NCBI RefSeq assembly: GCF_028368995.1
Contig: NZ_JAQNDL010000001.1
Span: forward strand, 4,192,001 to 4,256,000
From: Nannocystis bainbridge
Lineage (GTDB): Bacteria > Myxococcota_A > Polyangia > Nannocystales > Nannocystaceae
Direction of reading: 5' to 3'
Length of the DNA stretch: 64,000 nt
The notes under the pieces were generated by a model. That model worked only from the letters and a program-made list of their open reading frames with translations, ran no database searches and was not told where the DNA came from. The translations under genes were made by a program, and so were the position numbers. Below are positions 46,991 to 55,331 of this stretch, in pieces. Each line of letters starts with the position of its first letter. Position 1 is the first letter of the stretch.

Positions 46991-49900
46991 ATGCGCTTTG
47001 AACGCCTGACCGTCGAGCGCTTCGGCCACTTCGAATCGCTCGACATCGACCTGCCCGGAGGGCCAGGTCTCGTCGTCCTTTACGGCCCCAACGAGGCTGG
47101 CAAGACCACCCTCTTGCGGGCTCTCCACGGCCTCCTCTTCGGCGTCGACGAGCGCACCCCTTACGCCTTCGAGTACGACTACCGCGCCATCGCCTTGCGC
47201 GCCGTCCTGCGCGACAGCGCCGGCCAGCGCCTCCACGTCACTCGCCTCAAGAAGCGCAAGGACTCGCTCGTCGGCAGCCTTCACAGCGAAGCTGGCGAAG
47301 TCCCCCTCGACGGCGCTCGCTTCGCCCGTTACTTCGGCGCCATCACCGAAGAGCTCTACCGCGCCATCTTCGGCTTCACCCACGCCGACCTCCAGCAGGG
47401 CTCCGACGTCCTTCAGGTCGCCGGCCTCTCCGAGATCCTCGGCGGCGGCGCCCTCGGCGGCAGCGCCGAGAAGATCCGTGGCGCCCTCGCCGGCCTCCAG
47501 GGCGAGGGCGAGAACCTCTTCAAGGCCAAGGGCAAGAACCCCGCCATCAACCGCGGCCTCACCCAGCTGCGCGACGCCAAGCACGCCCTGCGCGACGCCA
47601 TGTTCGCCCAGCCGCAGTACGCCGCGCTCACCACCAACCTCGCCGTCGCCCGCCACGACGCCGACGCTGCCGAGTCCGAGCTCGCCCGCCTGCGCGAGCG
47701 CGAGGCCCGGCTGCGCACCTTGCTCGGCGTGTTCGAGGACTTTCACGAGCACCTCGGCCTCGTCCGCGCCCTCGCCGATCCGTCGCTGCGCACCGACCTC
47801 GACGAGCCTGCCGCCGAGCGGGCGCGCCAGCGCCACGCCGAGTTCCAGGCCGCCGACAACCAGCTGCGGGCCCTCGACGCCGAGCTCGCCCGCCTGCTCG
47901 CCCGCGCCGACCAGCCCGCCGCCGACCCCGCCCTGCTCGCCGAGGCCGGCGCCGTCGAGCGGCTCGTCCGCCGCGTCGAGACCGTCGCCGAGCAGCGGCT
48001 CGTCGTCCCGCGCGAGCGCGAGCGCCTGGCCCGCGAGACCGACGCCCTACAATCTGTCCTTGCGACCATGTCCCCCGGGACACGTCCCGAAGACCATGTC
48101 CGATGGGTCATCCAGCCGCACGAGCTCGACCGCCTGCGCGCCCTCGCCACCCGCTGGCAGCGCGCCCGCCAGGAGCTCATGTTGTCGGCCCGCGGCCTCG
48201 CCGACGACGAGGCCGAGCTGTCGGCCTTGCGCGCCAGCGTCGCCGAGCTGGCCGCCGCCGCCCCGGACTTCGAGGACAGCGCCCTGCTCGCCGAGCTCGA
48301 GGACGCCCTCGCGCGCAAGGCCGAGCTCGACCGCGAGGAGCTGGCCGTCGCCCGCCTGCGCGCCGACCTCGACCTCGGCCTCCTGCGCCTGCACCCCCCG
48401 CTGCCCGCCGCCGACCTCGCCGCCGTCCCGCTCCCGCGCCCCGCCGACCTCGACGACCATCACGCCCGCAGCCTCGACCTCGAGCGCGAGCGCCGGGCTG
48501 CCCTTTCGGACCTGTCCCGAGAGCAAGCCGACCTCGCCCGCGCCCGCGCCGAGCTCGCCGCCCTCGCCGGCGCCGACTTGCCCGACCTGGACGCCCTCGC
48601 TGCCGCTCGCGCCCGCCGCGACGAGGTCTGGCAGGACGTGCGCCGCCGGCTCCACAGCCACGAGGGCTTCGGCGCCCTGTTCGCCGGCGCCGACGGGGCC
48701 GACCTCGGGCCCGACACCGCCGCCGCCCGCAAGCAGCTCACCCGCCGCTTCGAGCGCGCCCTCGCCGACGCCGACGACCTCGCCGACCGCCTGCGCGACG
48801 CCGCCGACTTGCTGGCCAAAAAGACAGGTCTCTTGCGGCAGATCGACGGCGCCGAGCAGGACGTCGCGCGCGCCGAGGAGCGGGTCGCCGCGGCCGGCCG
48901 CACCGAAGCGCGCTGGGCCGCCGACTGGGCCGCCGTGTGGCGCCCGACCAAAATCATCCCTGGCCCGCCCGCGGCGATGATCCCGTGGTGCCGCGACGCC
49001 GCCGACCTGCGCGAGCACGCCGCCGACCTGGTCCGCCGCGAGGAGGTCGTCCGCCGCCTGCGCCCCGCGATCGACGAGTTCACCGCCCGTCTGCAGCGCC
49101 GCCTCACCTGGCCCGGCGCCAGCCTGCCCGCGCTCGCCCAGGGCCTGCGCGAGCGCGAGCGCACCGCCCTGGCCGCCCGCGCCCGCCTCGAGGCCGCCTC
49201 CGCCCGCCTCGCCGGCCTCGAGAGCGCCGTCGCCCGCGGTCACGCCGCCGACGCCGCGCTCTCGCGCGAGCTCGCCGACCTGCGCGCCAGCCTCTCCGCC
49301 CTGCTCATCACCCTCGGCCTGCCCGCCGACCTCGAGCCCGACGCCGCGCTCGCCCGCATCGATGCCCTCGAGGACATGTCCCAAAAGCTAGCCAACCTCG
49401 AGGCTCGCCGCGAGGCCTTGCACCGCGGCGAGGCCCTGCTCGCCGGCTTCGACGCCGAGTTCACCGCCCTGCTCGCCCGTCTCGGCCGCCCGGCCGACGA
49501 CGCCGCCCCCGAGCACACCGTCGACCGCCTCAGCCGCCGCCTCGCCGAGGCCCGCACCGCCGCCGCCGCCGCCGCTCAGGCCCGCGAGCAGGCCGACGCC
49601 AAGCAGCAGGAGCGCGACGCCCTCGCCGAGACTCGCGCCGCCGCCGTCACCGAGCTCGCCGCCCTCGCCGCCCGCGCCCGCGCCCGCGACACGGCTGAAC
49701 TTTTGGACATGTCCGAACGAGCGCTCCAGCGCGCCCGCCTGCACAAGCGCCAGAGCGAGCTCGCCCTGCGACTGGCCCGCGCTCTCGGCGACGGCCCCGC
49801 CCGCGACAGCTACGACGCCGAGCTCCAGGGCGCCCGCCGCGAGGCCCTGCTCGCCGAGCGCGACGAGCTCGCCAGGCGGATCTCCGACCTCGACCGCCGC

Positions 49901-50542
49901 CGCACCGGCGCCGTCGAGCAGCGCGGCAAGCTCGACAACCAGCTCCAGCACCTCGGGGGCGACCGCGCCGCGCGCCTCAACGCCGAGTGCGAGGCCCTCC
50001 ACGCCGACCTCACCCAGCACGTCGACCGCTACGTCCTGGTCCAGCTGGCCCAGCAGGTGCTCGCCCGCGTCACCGACCGCTACGCCCGCGAGAACCAGCC
50101 CGCCCTCCTTCACTACACCTCCGATCTGCTGGCCACCATCACCGGCGGCCGCCACCTCCGCGTCGTCCCCCAGCCCGAGGCCGGCACTCTCGCCGCCCTC
50201 GGCCGCGAGGGCCGATTGCGGCTCCCGGGCGAGCTGTCTCTCGGGACCCGCGAGCAGCTGTTCCTGGCCCTCCGCCTCGCCTACGTCCTCGACTACTGCG
50301 ACCGCAACGAGCCGCTCCCGCTGGTCATGGACGACGTGCTCGTCAACTTCGACGAGGACCGGGCCGCCACCACCCTGCAGGCCCTCCGCGACGTCGCCCG
50401 CACCACCCAGATCCTGTTCCTCACCTGCCACCGCCACCTGATGCACCTCGCGCGCCAGACCACCGACACCGGCGCCGCCCTGCAGATCGTCGAGCTCCCC
50501 GGTCCGCCCGCCGCCACCGCCGCCCGCGCCGCCGACGCCTGA
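46991..50542 (+). CDS. YhaN-like AAA/SMC coiled-coil ATPase
   Basis: Walker A GPNEAGKTT; long coiled coil; LSLGTREQLFLALR signature; MDDVLVNFD Walker B; TCH. Confidence 0.92.
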   Translation: MRFERLTVERFGHFESLDIDLPGGPGLVVLYGPNEAGKTTLLRALHGLLFGVDERTPYAFEYDYRAIALRAVLRDSAGQRLHVTRLKKRKDSLVGSLHSEAGEVPLDGARFARYFGAITEELYRAIFGFTHADLQQGSDVLQVAGLSEILGGGALGGSAEKIRGALAGLQGEGENLFKAKGKNPAINRGLTQLRDAKHALRDAMFAQPQYAALTTNLAVARHDADAAESELARLREREARLRTLLGVFEDFHEHLGLVRALADPSLRTDLDEPAAERARQRHAEFQAADNQLRALDAELARLLARADQPAADPALLAEAGAVERLVRRVETVAEQRLVVPRERERLARETDALQSVLATMSPGTRPEDHVRWVIQPHELDRLRALATRWQRARQELMLSARGLADDEAELSALRASVAELAAAAPDFEDSALLAELEDALARKAELDREELAVARLRADLDLGLLRLHPPLPAADLAAVPLPRPADLDDHHARSLDLERERRAALSDLSREQADLARARAELAALAGADLPDLDALAAARARRDEVWQDVRRRLHSHEGFGALFAGADGADLGPDTAAARKQLTRRFERALADADDLADRLRDAADLLAKKTGLLRQIDGAEQDVARAEERVAAAGRTEARWAADWAAVWRPTKIIPGPPAAMIPWCRDAADLREHAADLVRREEVVRRLRPAIDEFTARLQRRLTWPGASLPALAQGLRERERTALAARARLEAASARLAGLESAVARGHAADAALSRELADLRASLSALLITLGLPADLEPDAALARIDALEDMSQKLANLEARREALHRGEALLAGFDAEFTALLARLGRPADDAAPEHTVDRLSRRLAEARTAAAAAAQAREQADAKQQERDALAETRAAAVTELAALAARARARDTAELLDMSERALQRARLHKRQSELALRLARALGDGPARDSYDAELQGARREALLAERDELARRISDLDRRRTGAVEQRGKLDNQLQHLGGDRAARLNAECEALHADLTQHVDRYVLVQLAQQVLARVTDRYARENQPALLHYTSDLLATITGGRHLRVVPQPEAGTLAALGREGRLRLPGELSLGTREQLFLALRLAYVLDYCDRNEPLPLVMDDVLVNFDEDRAATTLQALRDVARTTQILFLTCHRHLMHLARQTTDTGAALQIVELPGPPAATAARAADA
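48050..48119. repeat. In-frame 14-bp-phase array (5 units) in the YhaN-like gene
   Basis: caatctgtccttgc|gaccatgtcccccg|ggacacgtcccgaa|gaccatgtccgatg|ggtcatccag; further sites at 47047, 48508, 48822, 49372, 49705. Confidence 0.85.
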
Positions 50543-50543
50543 G

Positions 50544-50623
50544 CGACATGTCACTTCGGACATGCCCTTCGGCGCATGCTCCCTAGGACATGCCCTCTTG
50601 GACATGTCCAAGAGGGCACCCGC
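50544..50623. repeat. 14-bp-phase array (6 units) filling the convergent yhaN/asnB gap
   Basis: cgacatgtcacttc|ggacatgcccttcg|gcgcatgctcccta|ggacatgccctctt|ggacatgtccaaga|gggcacccgc. Confidence 0.92.
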
Positions 50624-52500
50624 TAATCAGAGTACATGCGCTGCCACTGCTCGAGCACGATGAGCGACCAGATCCGCAGCGCGTGGTCGCGGGTGCCGCG
50701 GCGGTGCTCGCCGACGATGCGCGCCACCCCGTTGACGTCGAACAGCCCGCGCCGGCGGATCACGTCCGGGTGCAGCCAGTCGGCGACGATGCGCGCCTCG
50801 GCCGCCTTGAGCCAGGCCCCGAACGGCGCCGAGAACCCGAGCTTCTTGCGCTTCAGCACCTCGGGCGGCAGCCACTCGCCGGCGATCTTGCGCAGCACTC
50901 GCTTCGACGCCAGCGCCGTCACCCGCATCGACGACGGCGCCGCCGCCATCTGCTCGAGCAGCACGTGGTCGCAGAACGGCACCCGCACCTCGAGCCCGTG
51001 GGCCATGCTCATGCGGTCGGTCGAGCGCAGCACGTTCTCGGGCAGAAACCCGTGGATGTCGGCGTACCAGGCCCTTGCGACCAGGTCCCCGACGGCAGGG
51101 CGGTCGAACGTCGCGGCGATGAAGTTCGGCCCGCGCACCGCCGCGATCCGCCGCGCCGTCTCGGGCGCGTAGGGCCGGTCGCGGGCCGTGTCGGCGCCCT
51201 TGCCGACCCACGCCGCGTAGCGCTCGCCCGGCGGCAGCGTCAGGCTGTCGAGGAATTGCCGGCCCCAGCGGCGCATGCTCAGCGCCGTCGTCGGCTCGCC
51301 CAGCACCCGCAGCGCCCGCCCGGCCAGCGCGATCGCCCCCGGCGGCACCCGCCCCAGGTGCTCGGAGATCCGCAGCCCGCGGTAGCGCGGGTAGCCGCCG
51401 AACACCTCGTCGCCGCCGTCGCCCGCCAGCGCCACCGTCACCCGCTGACGCGCGAACCGTGACAGGTGATAGGCCAGCAGCGCCGTCCACGACCCGAACG
51501 GCTCGTCGAAGCCTTCGACCATCGCCGCCAGGTCGTCGAGGATGTCGATCTTCAGCTCGAGCTCGTGGTGCGACAGCCCGAAGTGCCGCGCCACCGCCCG
51601 CGCGTGGTGCCGCTCCTCGTAGCTGGCCCCCTCCGGCCCGTAGCCGACGCAGAACGTCTGCAGCGCCGCGCCCCGGCTCGCCAGCGCCGCGACGATCGTC
51701 GACGAGTCGAGCCCGCCCGACAGGAACGCCCCCACCGGCACGTCCGCCACCGTGTGCAGCTCGATCGCCTCGGCCAGCGTCGGCGCCACCGCCTCGGCCC
51801 ACGCCTCGACGCTCTGCAGCCGCGGGTCCGGCGACCGCGGCTCGCAGTCCCACCACTGCGAGATCGTCACCTGTCCTTCACGCCAGGTCATGCGGTGCCC
51901 CGGCAGCAGCTGCCGCACCCCGGCGAAGATCGTTCGCGGCGCCGGGACATAGTAGAGCTCGAGGTAGGCATCGAGCGCCGCGAGGTCGAGCGAGCGGTCG
52001 ACCGCCGGGCAGCGCAGCAGCGCCTTCGGCTCCGACGCGAACAGCAGCACCCCGCCCGCCAGCTCGGCGTAATAGAGCGGCTTCTGCCCCAGCCGGTCGC
52101 GCACCAGGTGCAGCTCGCGGGTCCGCCGGTCCCACAACGCGAACGCGAACATGCCCCGCAGCCGCTGCAGTGCCGCCGGCCCCTCGCGTCGCCACAGCTC
52201 GAGGATCACCTCGGTGTCGCCGCGCGTGCGCAGCGGGACGCCGGCGGCCAGCAGTTCGGCGCGCAGGGCCGCGAAGTTGTAGATCTCGCCGTTGTAGACG
52301 ATGACGAGGTCGCCGCTGGCGTCGGCCATCGGCTGGGGGCTGCCGGCGAGGTCGAGGATCGCCAGACGACGGTGCCCGAGCCCGACCTCCGGCTCGAGAT
52401 GCACACCCTCGCCGTCGGGTCCGCGATGCTGCAGCGCCGCGGTCATGCTGGCCACCAGCGCCGCGTCGCTCGCCCCGACCATGCCGGCGATGCCGCACAT
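50623..52500 (-). CDS. asnB: Asparagine synthase (glutamine-hydrolysing) family amidotransferase
   Basis: MCGIAG N-terminus, HRGPDG, YNGEIYN, LSGGLDSS, GDGGDEVFGGY, EVRVPF. Confidence 0.93.
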   Translation of the reverse strand: MCGIAGMVGASDAALVASMTAALQHRGPDGEGVHLEPEVGLGHRRLAILDLAGSPQPMADASGDLVIVYNGEIYNFAALRAELLAAGVPLRTRGDTEVILELWRREGPAALQRLRGMFAFALWDRRTRELHLVRDRLGQKPLYYAELAGGVLLFASEPKALLRCPAVDRSLDLAALDAYLELYYVPAPRTIFAGVRQLLPGHRMTWREGQVTISQWWDCEPRSPDPRLQSVEAWAEAVAPTLAEAIELHTVADVPVGAFLSGGLDSSTIVAALASRGAALQTFCVGYGPEGASYEERHHARAVARHFGLSHHELELKIDILDDLAAMVEGFDEPFGSWTALLAYHLSRFARQRVTVALAGDGGDEVFGGYPRYRGLRISEHLGRVPPGAIALAGRALRVLGEPTTALSMRRWGRQFLDSLTLPPGERYAAWVGKGADTARDRPYAPETARRIAAVRGPNFIAATFDRPAVGDLVARAWYADIHGFLPENVLRSTDRMSMAHGLEVRVPFCDHVLLEQMAAAPSSMRVTALASKRVLRKIAGEWLPPEVLKRKKLGFSAPFGAWLKAAEARIVADWLHPDVIRRRGLFDVNGVARIVGEHRRGTRDHALRIWSLIVLEQWQRMYSD

Positions 52501-52611
52501 CAGAGCCGACCCCCCACCATGCGCGCGCGTCGGCCAGATTCGGGTCCCCAGGGCGCCATCCACGGCGAGCTTGGCATACTATGGCCCGGCCCGCCTGAAG
52601 CCGCCCTCATC

Positions 52612-53655
52612 ATGACCGCCGCGACCGACGCCCCCACCGACGCCCCCACCGTCGAACCCGTCGAAGCCTGCCCGGTCTGCGGCGCCCACGACCGCCGCCC
52701 CCTGCTCCCCGAGGTCCACGCGATCGGCGTCGTCCGCTGCCGCGCCTGCGACCTGGTCCACGCCACCGGCCACTACGCCGCCACCTACCTCAGCGAGTCC
52801 TACTACGCCGCGCGCGCCCGGCAGCGCGAGTCGTCGACGCGCCCGGCCGCGCGAGTCAGCGGCCGCAAGCGCCGCAACGTCGAGCTCTACGATCGCCTCA
52901 GCGGCGGCCGCCTCGGTCACCCCCGCGCCGGCGCCCGCGCCCTCGACATCGGCTGCGACACCGGCCTCCTGCTCGATGTCCTGCGCGAGCTCGGCTACCA
53001 CACCGAGGGCATCGAGCGCTCGCCCGCCGGGACCCAGGCCCAGGCCGCCGGCCACGAGGTCCACGCCCTCGACATCGAGGCGACCGACCTCGGCCTCGGC
53101 CGCTTCGACCTCATCACCATGACCCACGTGCTCGAGCACCTGCGCGAGCCGGTGCGCGGCCTGGTGTGGATCCGCCGCCACCTGGCCCCGGGCGGCCTGG
53201 CCGTGATCGAGGTCCCCAACTGGGGCGATCTCCTGCGACCGCTGTGGGGCCGCAGCTTCCGTCCGCTCGAGCTCGGCGACCACATCAGCTTCTTCGAGCG
53301 CGCCACCTTCACCGCCGCCCTGACCCGCGCTGGTCTCGAGCCCGAGATCTTGTGGAGCGCCCCGCAGCTCGGCACTTCGCTGGCGCCGAGTTTGCTCACT
53401 GCCGCCGACCTCGCCCTGGGCCTCCGCCGCCGCCTCGGCCGCTCCGCCCAGGCGCCCGCGGTCGCCGGCGTCGCCGGCAAGCGCCTCCAGTCCTCGAACC
53501 AGGGCCGGCGATGGCAGCGCCTCGCCGGACCTCTGGTCGTCCGCGGCCTCGACACCCTCGGCAGCGCGCTCGGCCCGTGGCTCGAAGGCGTGTTCGGAGC
53601 CCACTGCAGCTGGGGTGCGAACCTCGTGGTCGTCGCCCGGGCCCACGCCGCCTGA
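52612..53655 (+). CDS. Class I SAM-dependent methyltransferase with N-terminal zinc ribbon
   Basis: CPVC...CRAC; LDIGCDTG; HVLEHL; LAPGG; EVPN. Confidence 0.85.
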   Translation: MTAATDAPTDAPTVEPVEACPVCGAHDRRPLLPEVHAIGVVRCRACDLVHATGHYAATYLSESYYAARARQRESSTRPAARVSGRKRRNVELYDRLSGGRLGHPRAGARALDIGCDTGLLLDVLRELGYHTEGIERSPAGTQAQAAGHEVHALDIEATDLGLGRFDLITMTHVLEHLREPVRGLVWIRRHLAPGGLAVIEVPNWGDLLRPLWGRSFRPLELGDHISFFERATFTAALTRAGLEPEILWSAPQLGTSLAPSLLTAADLALGLRRRLGRSAQAPAVAGVAGKRLQSSNQGRRWQRLAGPLVVRGLDTLGSALGPWLEGVFGAHCSWGANLVVVARAHAA

Positions 53656-53730
53656 CGCGGCAGCAAAAAGCCCCTCCATCCCCGGGGCTTTGCCCCCCTC
53701 TTTTCGGGTGTCGGGACCCTCGGATCTTGC

Positions 53731-53759
53731 TTGACTTCCGCGTCGAACCGGAGCATCTT
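53731..53759 (+). promoter_or_regulatory. Putative sigma70-type promoter of tRNA-Asp
   Basis: TTGACT-N17-CATCTT about 35 bp upstream of the tRNA. Confidence 0.55.
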
Positions 53760-53793
53760 CCTGGCCCCTCGCACCGAAAGGCGCTGGGGCTCG

Positions 53794-53870
<77 letters not shown>

Positions 53871-53878
53871 GAGTAGCG

Positions 53879-53916
53879 AAGCCCCGAAACCAACCGGTTT
53901 CGGGGCTTTGTGTTTT
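53879..53916 (+). terminator. Intrinsic terminator after tRNA-Asp
   Basis: aagccccgaaacc-aacc-ggtttcggggctt then tgtgtttt. Confidence 0.85.
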
Positions 53917-53919
53917 GGT

Positions 53920-53993
53920 CGCCACACGGCCCGGACGCGCCACACGGCCCGGACGCGCCACACGGCCCGGACGCGCCACACGGCCCGGACGCG
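53920..53993. repeat. Perfect 18-bp tandem repeat x4
   Basis: cgccacacggcccggacg at 53920, 53938, 53956, 53974. Confidence 0.95.
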
Positions 53994-54065
53994 TCGCACC
54001 AGCCTCGCACCGCGAGGCCGAGGCCGACGCCCGGACCGAGCGCCCAGCCTCCCGGTCCGCGGACC

Positions 54066-54596
54066 TCAGAGCGTCGAGTAGACCGCGTGCCGGCCGACGC
54101 CGATGCGCTCGAGCCGGCCCTGCTTCACCAGCGCCCCGAGGTGGTGCCGCAGCACCTTGCGATCGATGCGCGAGTACTCGGCGATGTCCTCGATCGTCAC
54201 GTCGCCGTTGCCCTCGATGAAGGGCAGCACCTGGCGCGCGACCTCGTCGGTGGACAGCCCGCCGTCCTCGGGCACCTCTTCCTTCTCCTTCTTCAGCGCC
54301 TTGGCCTCGGCCTCGACCTCGGCCAGCTCCTCCTCGAGGATCCGGCGCTTCTTCTTGCGACCGGTCGGCTCGGGCTCGACAGCCACCGGCTCGGCCGGGG
54401 CACCGAAGCCGTCGCGCAGGTCGCCGAGGGTGATCTTCCCGAACTGCGCCCACAGGCCACGAGCCTCGAGGAATTGGACCAGGTCCCCCAGCGACACCGT
54501 GTCGCGGTTCTTGAGGCCCTTGAGCGTCTCGAGCGCGCTCAGCCGCTCGAGCGCGCCGCTCTCGGCGCGGAAAATGGCACTGGCTTCACGTGTCAT
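54066..54596 (-). CDS. Small protein with C-terminal winged helix-turn-helix
   Basis: VTIEDIAEYSRIDRKVLRHHLGALVKQGRLERIGVGRHAVY; central RKKKRR and acidic helix. Confidence 0.75.
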   Translation of the reverse strand: MTREASAIFRAESGALERLSALETLKGLKNRDTVSLGDLVQFLEARGLWAQFGKITLGDLRDGFGAPAEPVAVEPEPTGRKKKRRILEEELAEVEAEAKALKKEKEEVPEDGGLSTDEVARQVLPFIEGNGDVTIEDIAEYSRIDRKVLRHHLGALVKQGRLERIGVGRHAVYSTL

Positions 54597-55065
54597 GGAT
54601 GTTCCAGATCGGGGCGCTGCGGCCGTTCTGACGGCGCTACGCGCTTCGGCGGGTATTGCTCATCCGATCGGCCCGCGCAAGCCGCGATCGGCCGGGTCCT
54701 CGGGAGGGATTGCTCGGACCCACTCGGGGAATCACCGATGCTTGGAGAGATCTCTTCACCGCCGCCGCACGTGTGCGTGAACCCGCGCCCCTGAGTGTAC
54801 GTAAGCGCCCCTACAGGTACGAGTCCTGGTAACCCCAGAGCGGTTGTGGACAGCTTTGGCGCGGATTCCGCTATTCGGCGAGCCCCCCGCCTTGTGCGGA
54901 CCGCGCGAACCCGTCGAGCCACCTCGATGCGCGCCTGAACGGCATTCCGGATTCGCGCGGGACAGGCGAGCGTCACAGCGGAATTCCTGTGGATGCGGAA
55001 GGGGCGCAAGCCCCCGCCCTAGAGCCTGCCGACGGGCAAACAGCGCGGAGCGCGGAAGTTCTCTG

Positions 55066-55112
55066 CCCCAACATGTCGTGCTACAAGGCCCCTCACCCAC
55101 AAGATGTGGGGG
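55066..55112. promoter_or_regulatory. Tandem NrdR boxes
   Basis: ccccaacatgtcgtgc (55066) and ccacaagatgtggggg (55097) fit aCaCwAtATaTwGtGt, are spaced 31 bp apart and lie upstream of a ribonucleotide reductase gene. Confidence 0.75.
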
Positions 55113-55331
55113 TCGAGGGGCGCTTCTGTCCGGCTTGCATCCGGGTGCTCCTCGGTCCATTTCTGCCCGACTTCACAATTCCGCCCCTGCTGCTCGTCTT
55201 CGCTCGCCCCGCACCTGGGGTCCGCGCGGAGCCTGGTCGCGGCTGGCCGGGTCTTGCTTTCGCAAGGCCGGTCGCGCATTTCACGCCCCCCCCCCCGTCA
55301 ACGAGCCTCCTGCCCCCGGAGTCGCCCCGCT

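Noticed and set aside
50623-52500. asnB as a lasso-peptide cyclase
   Set aside because: It has an intact N-terminal Cys glutaminase domain, and no B protein, RRE or precursor is adjacent; more likely a glycan or cell-surface amidotransferase
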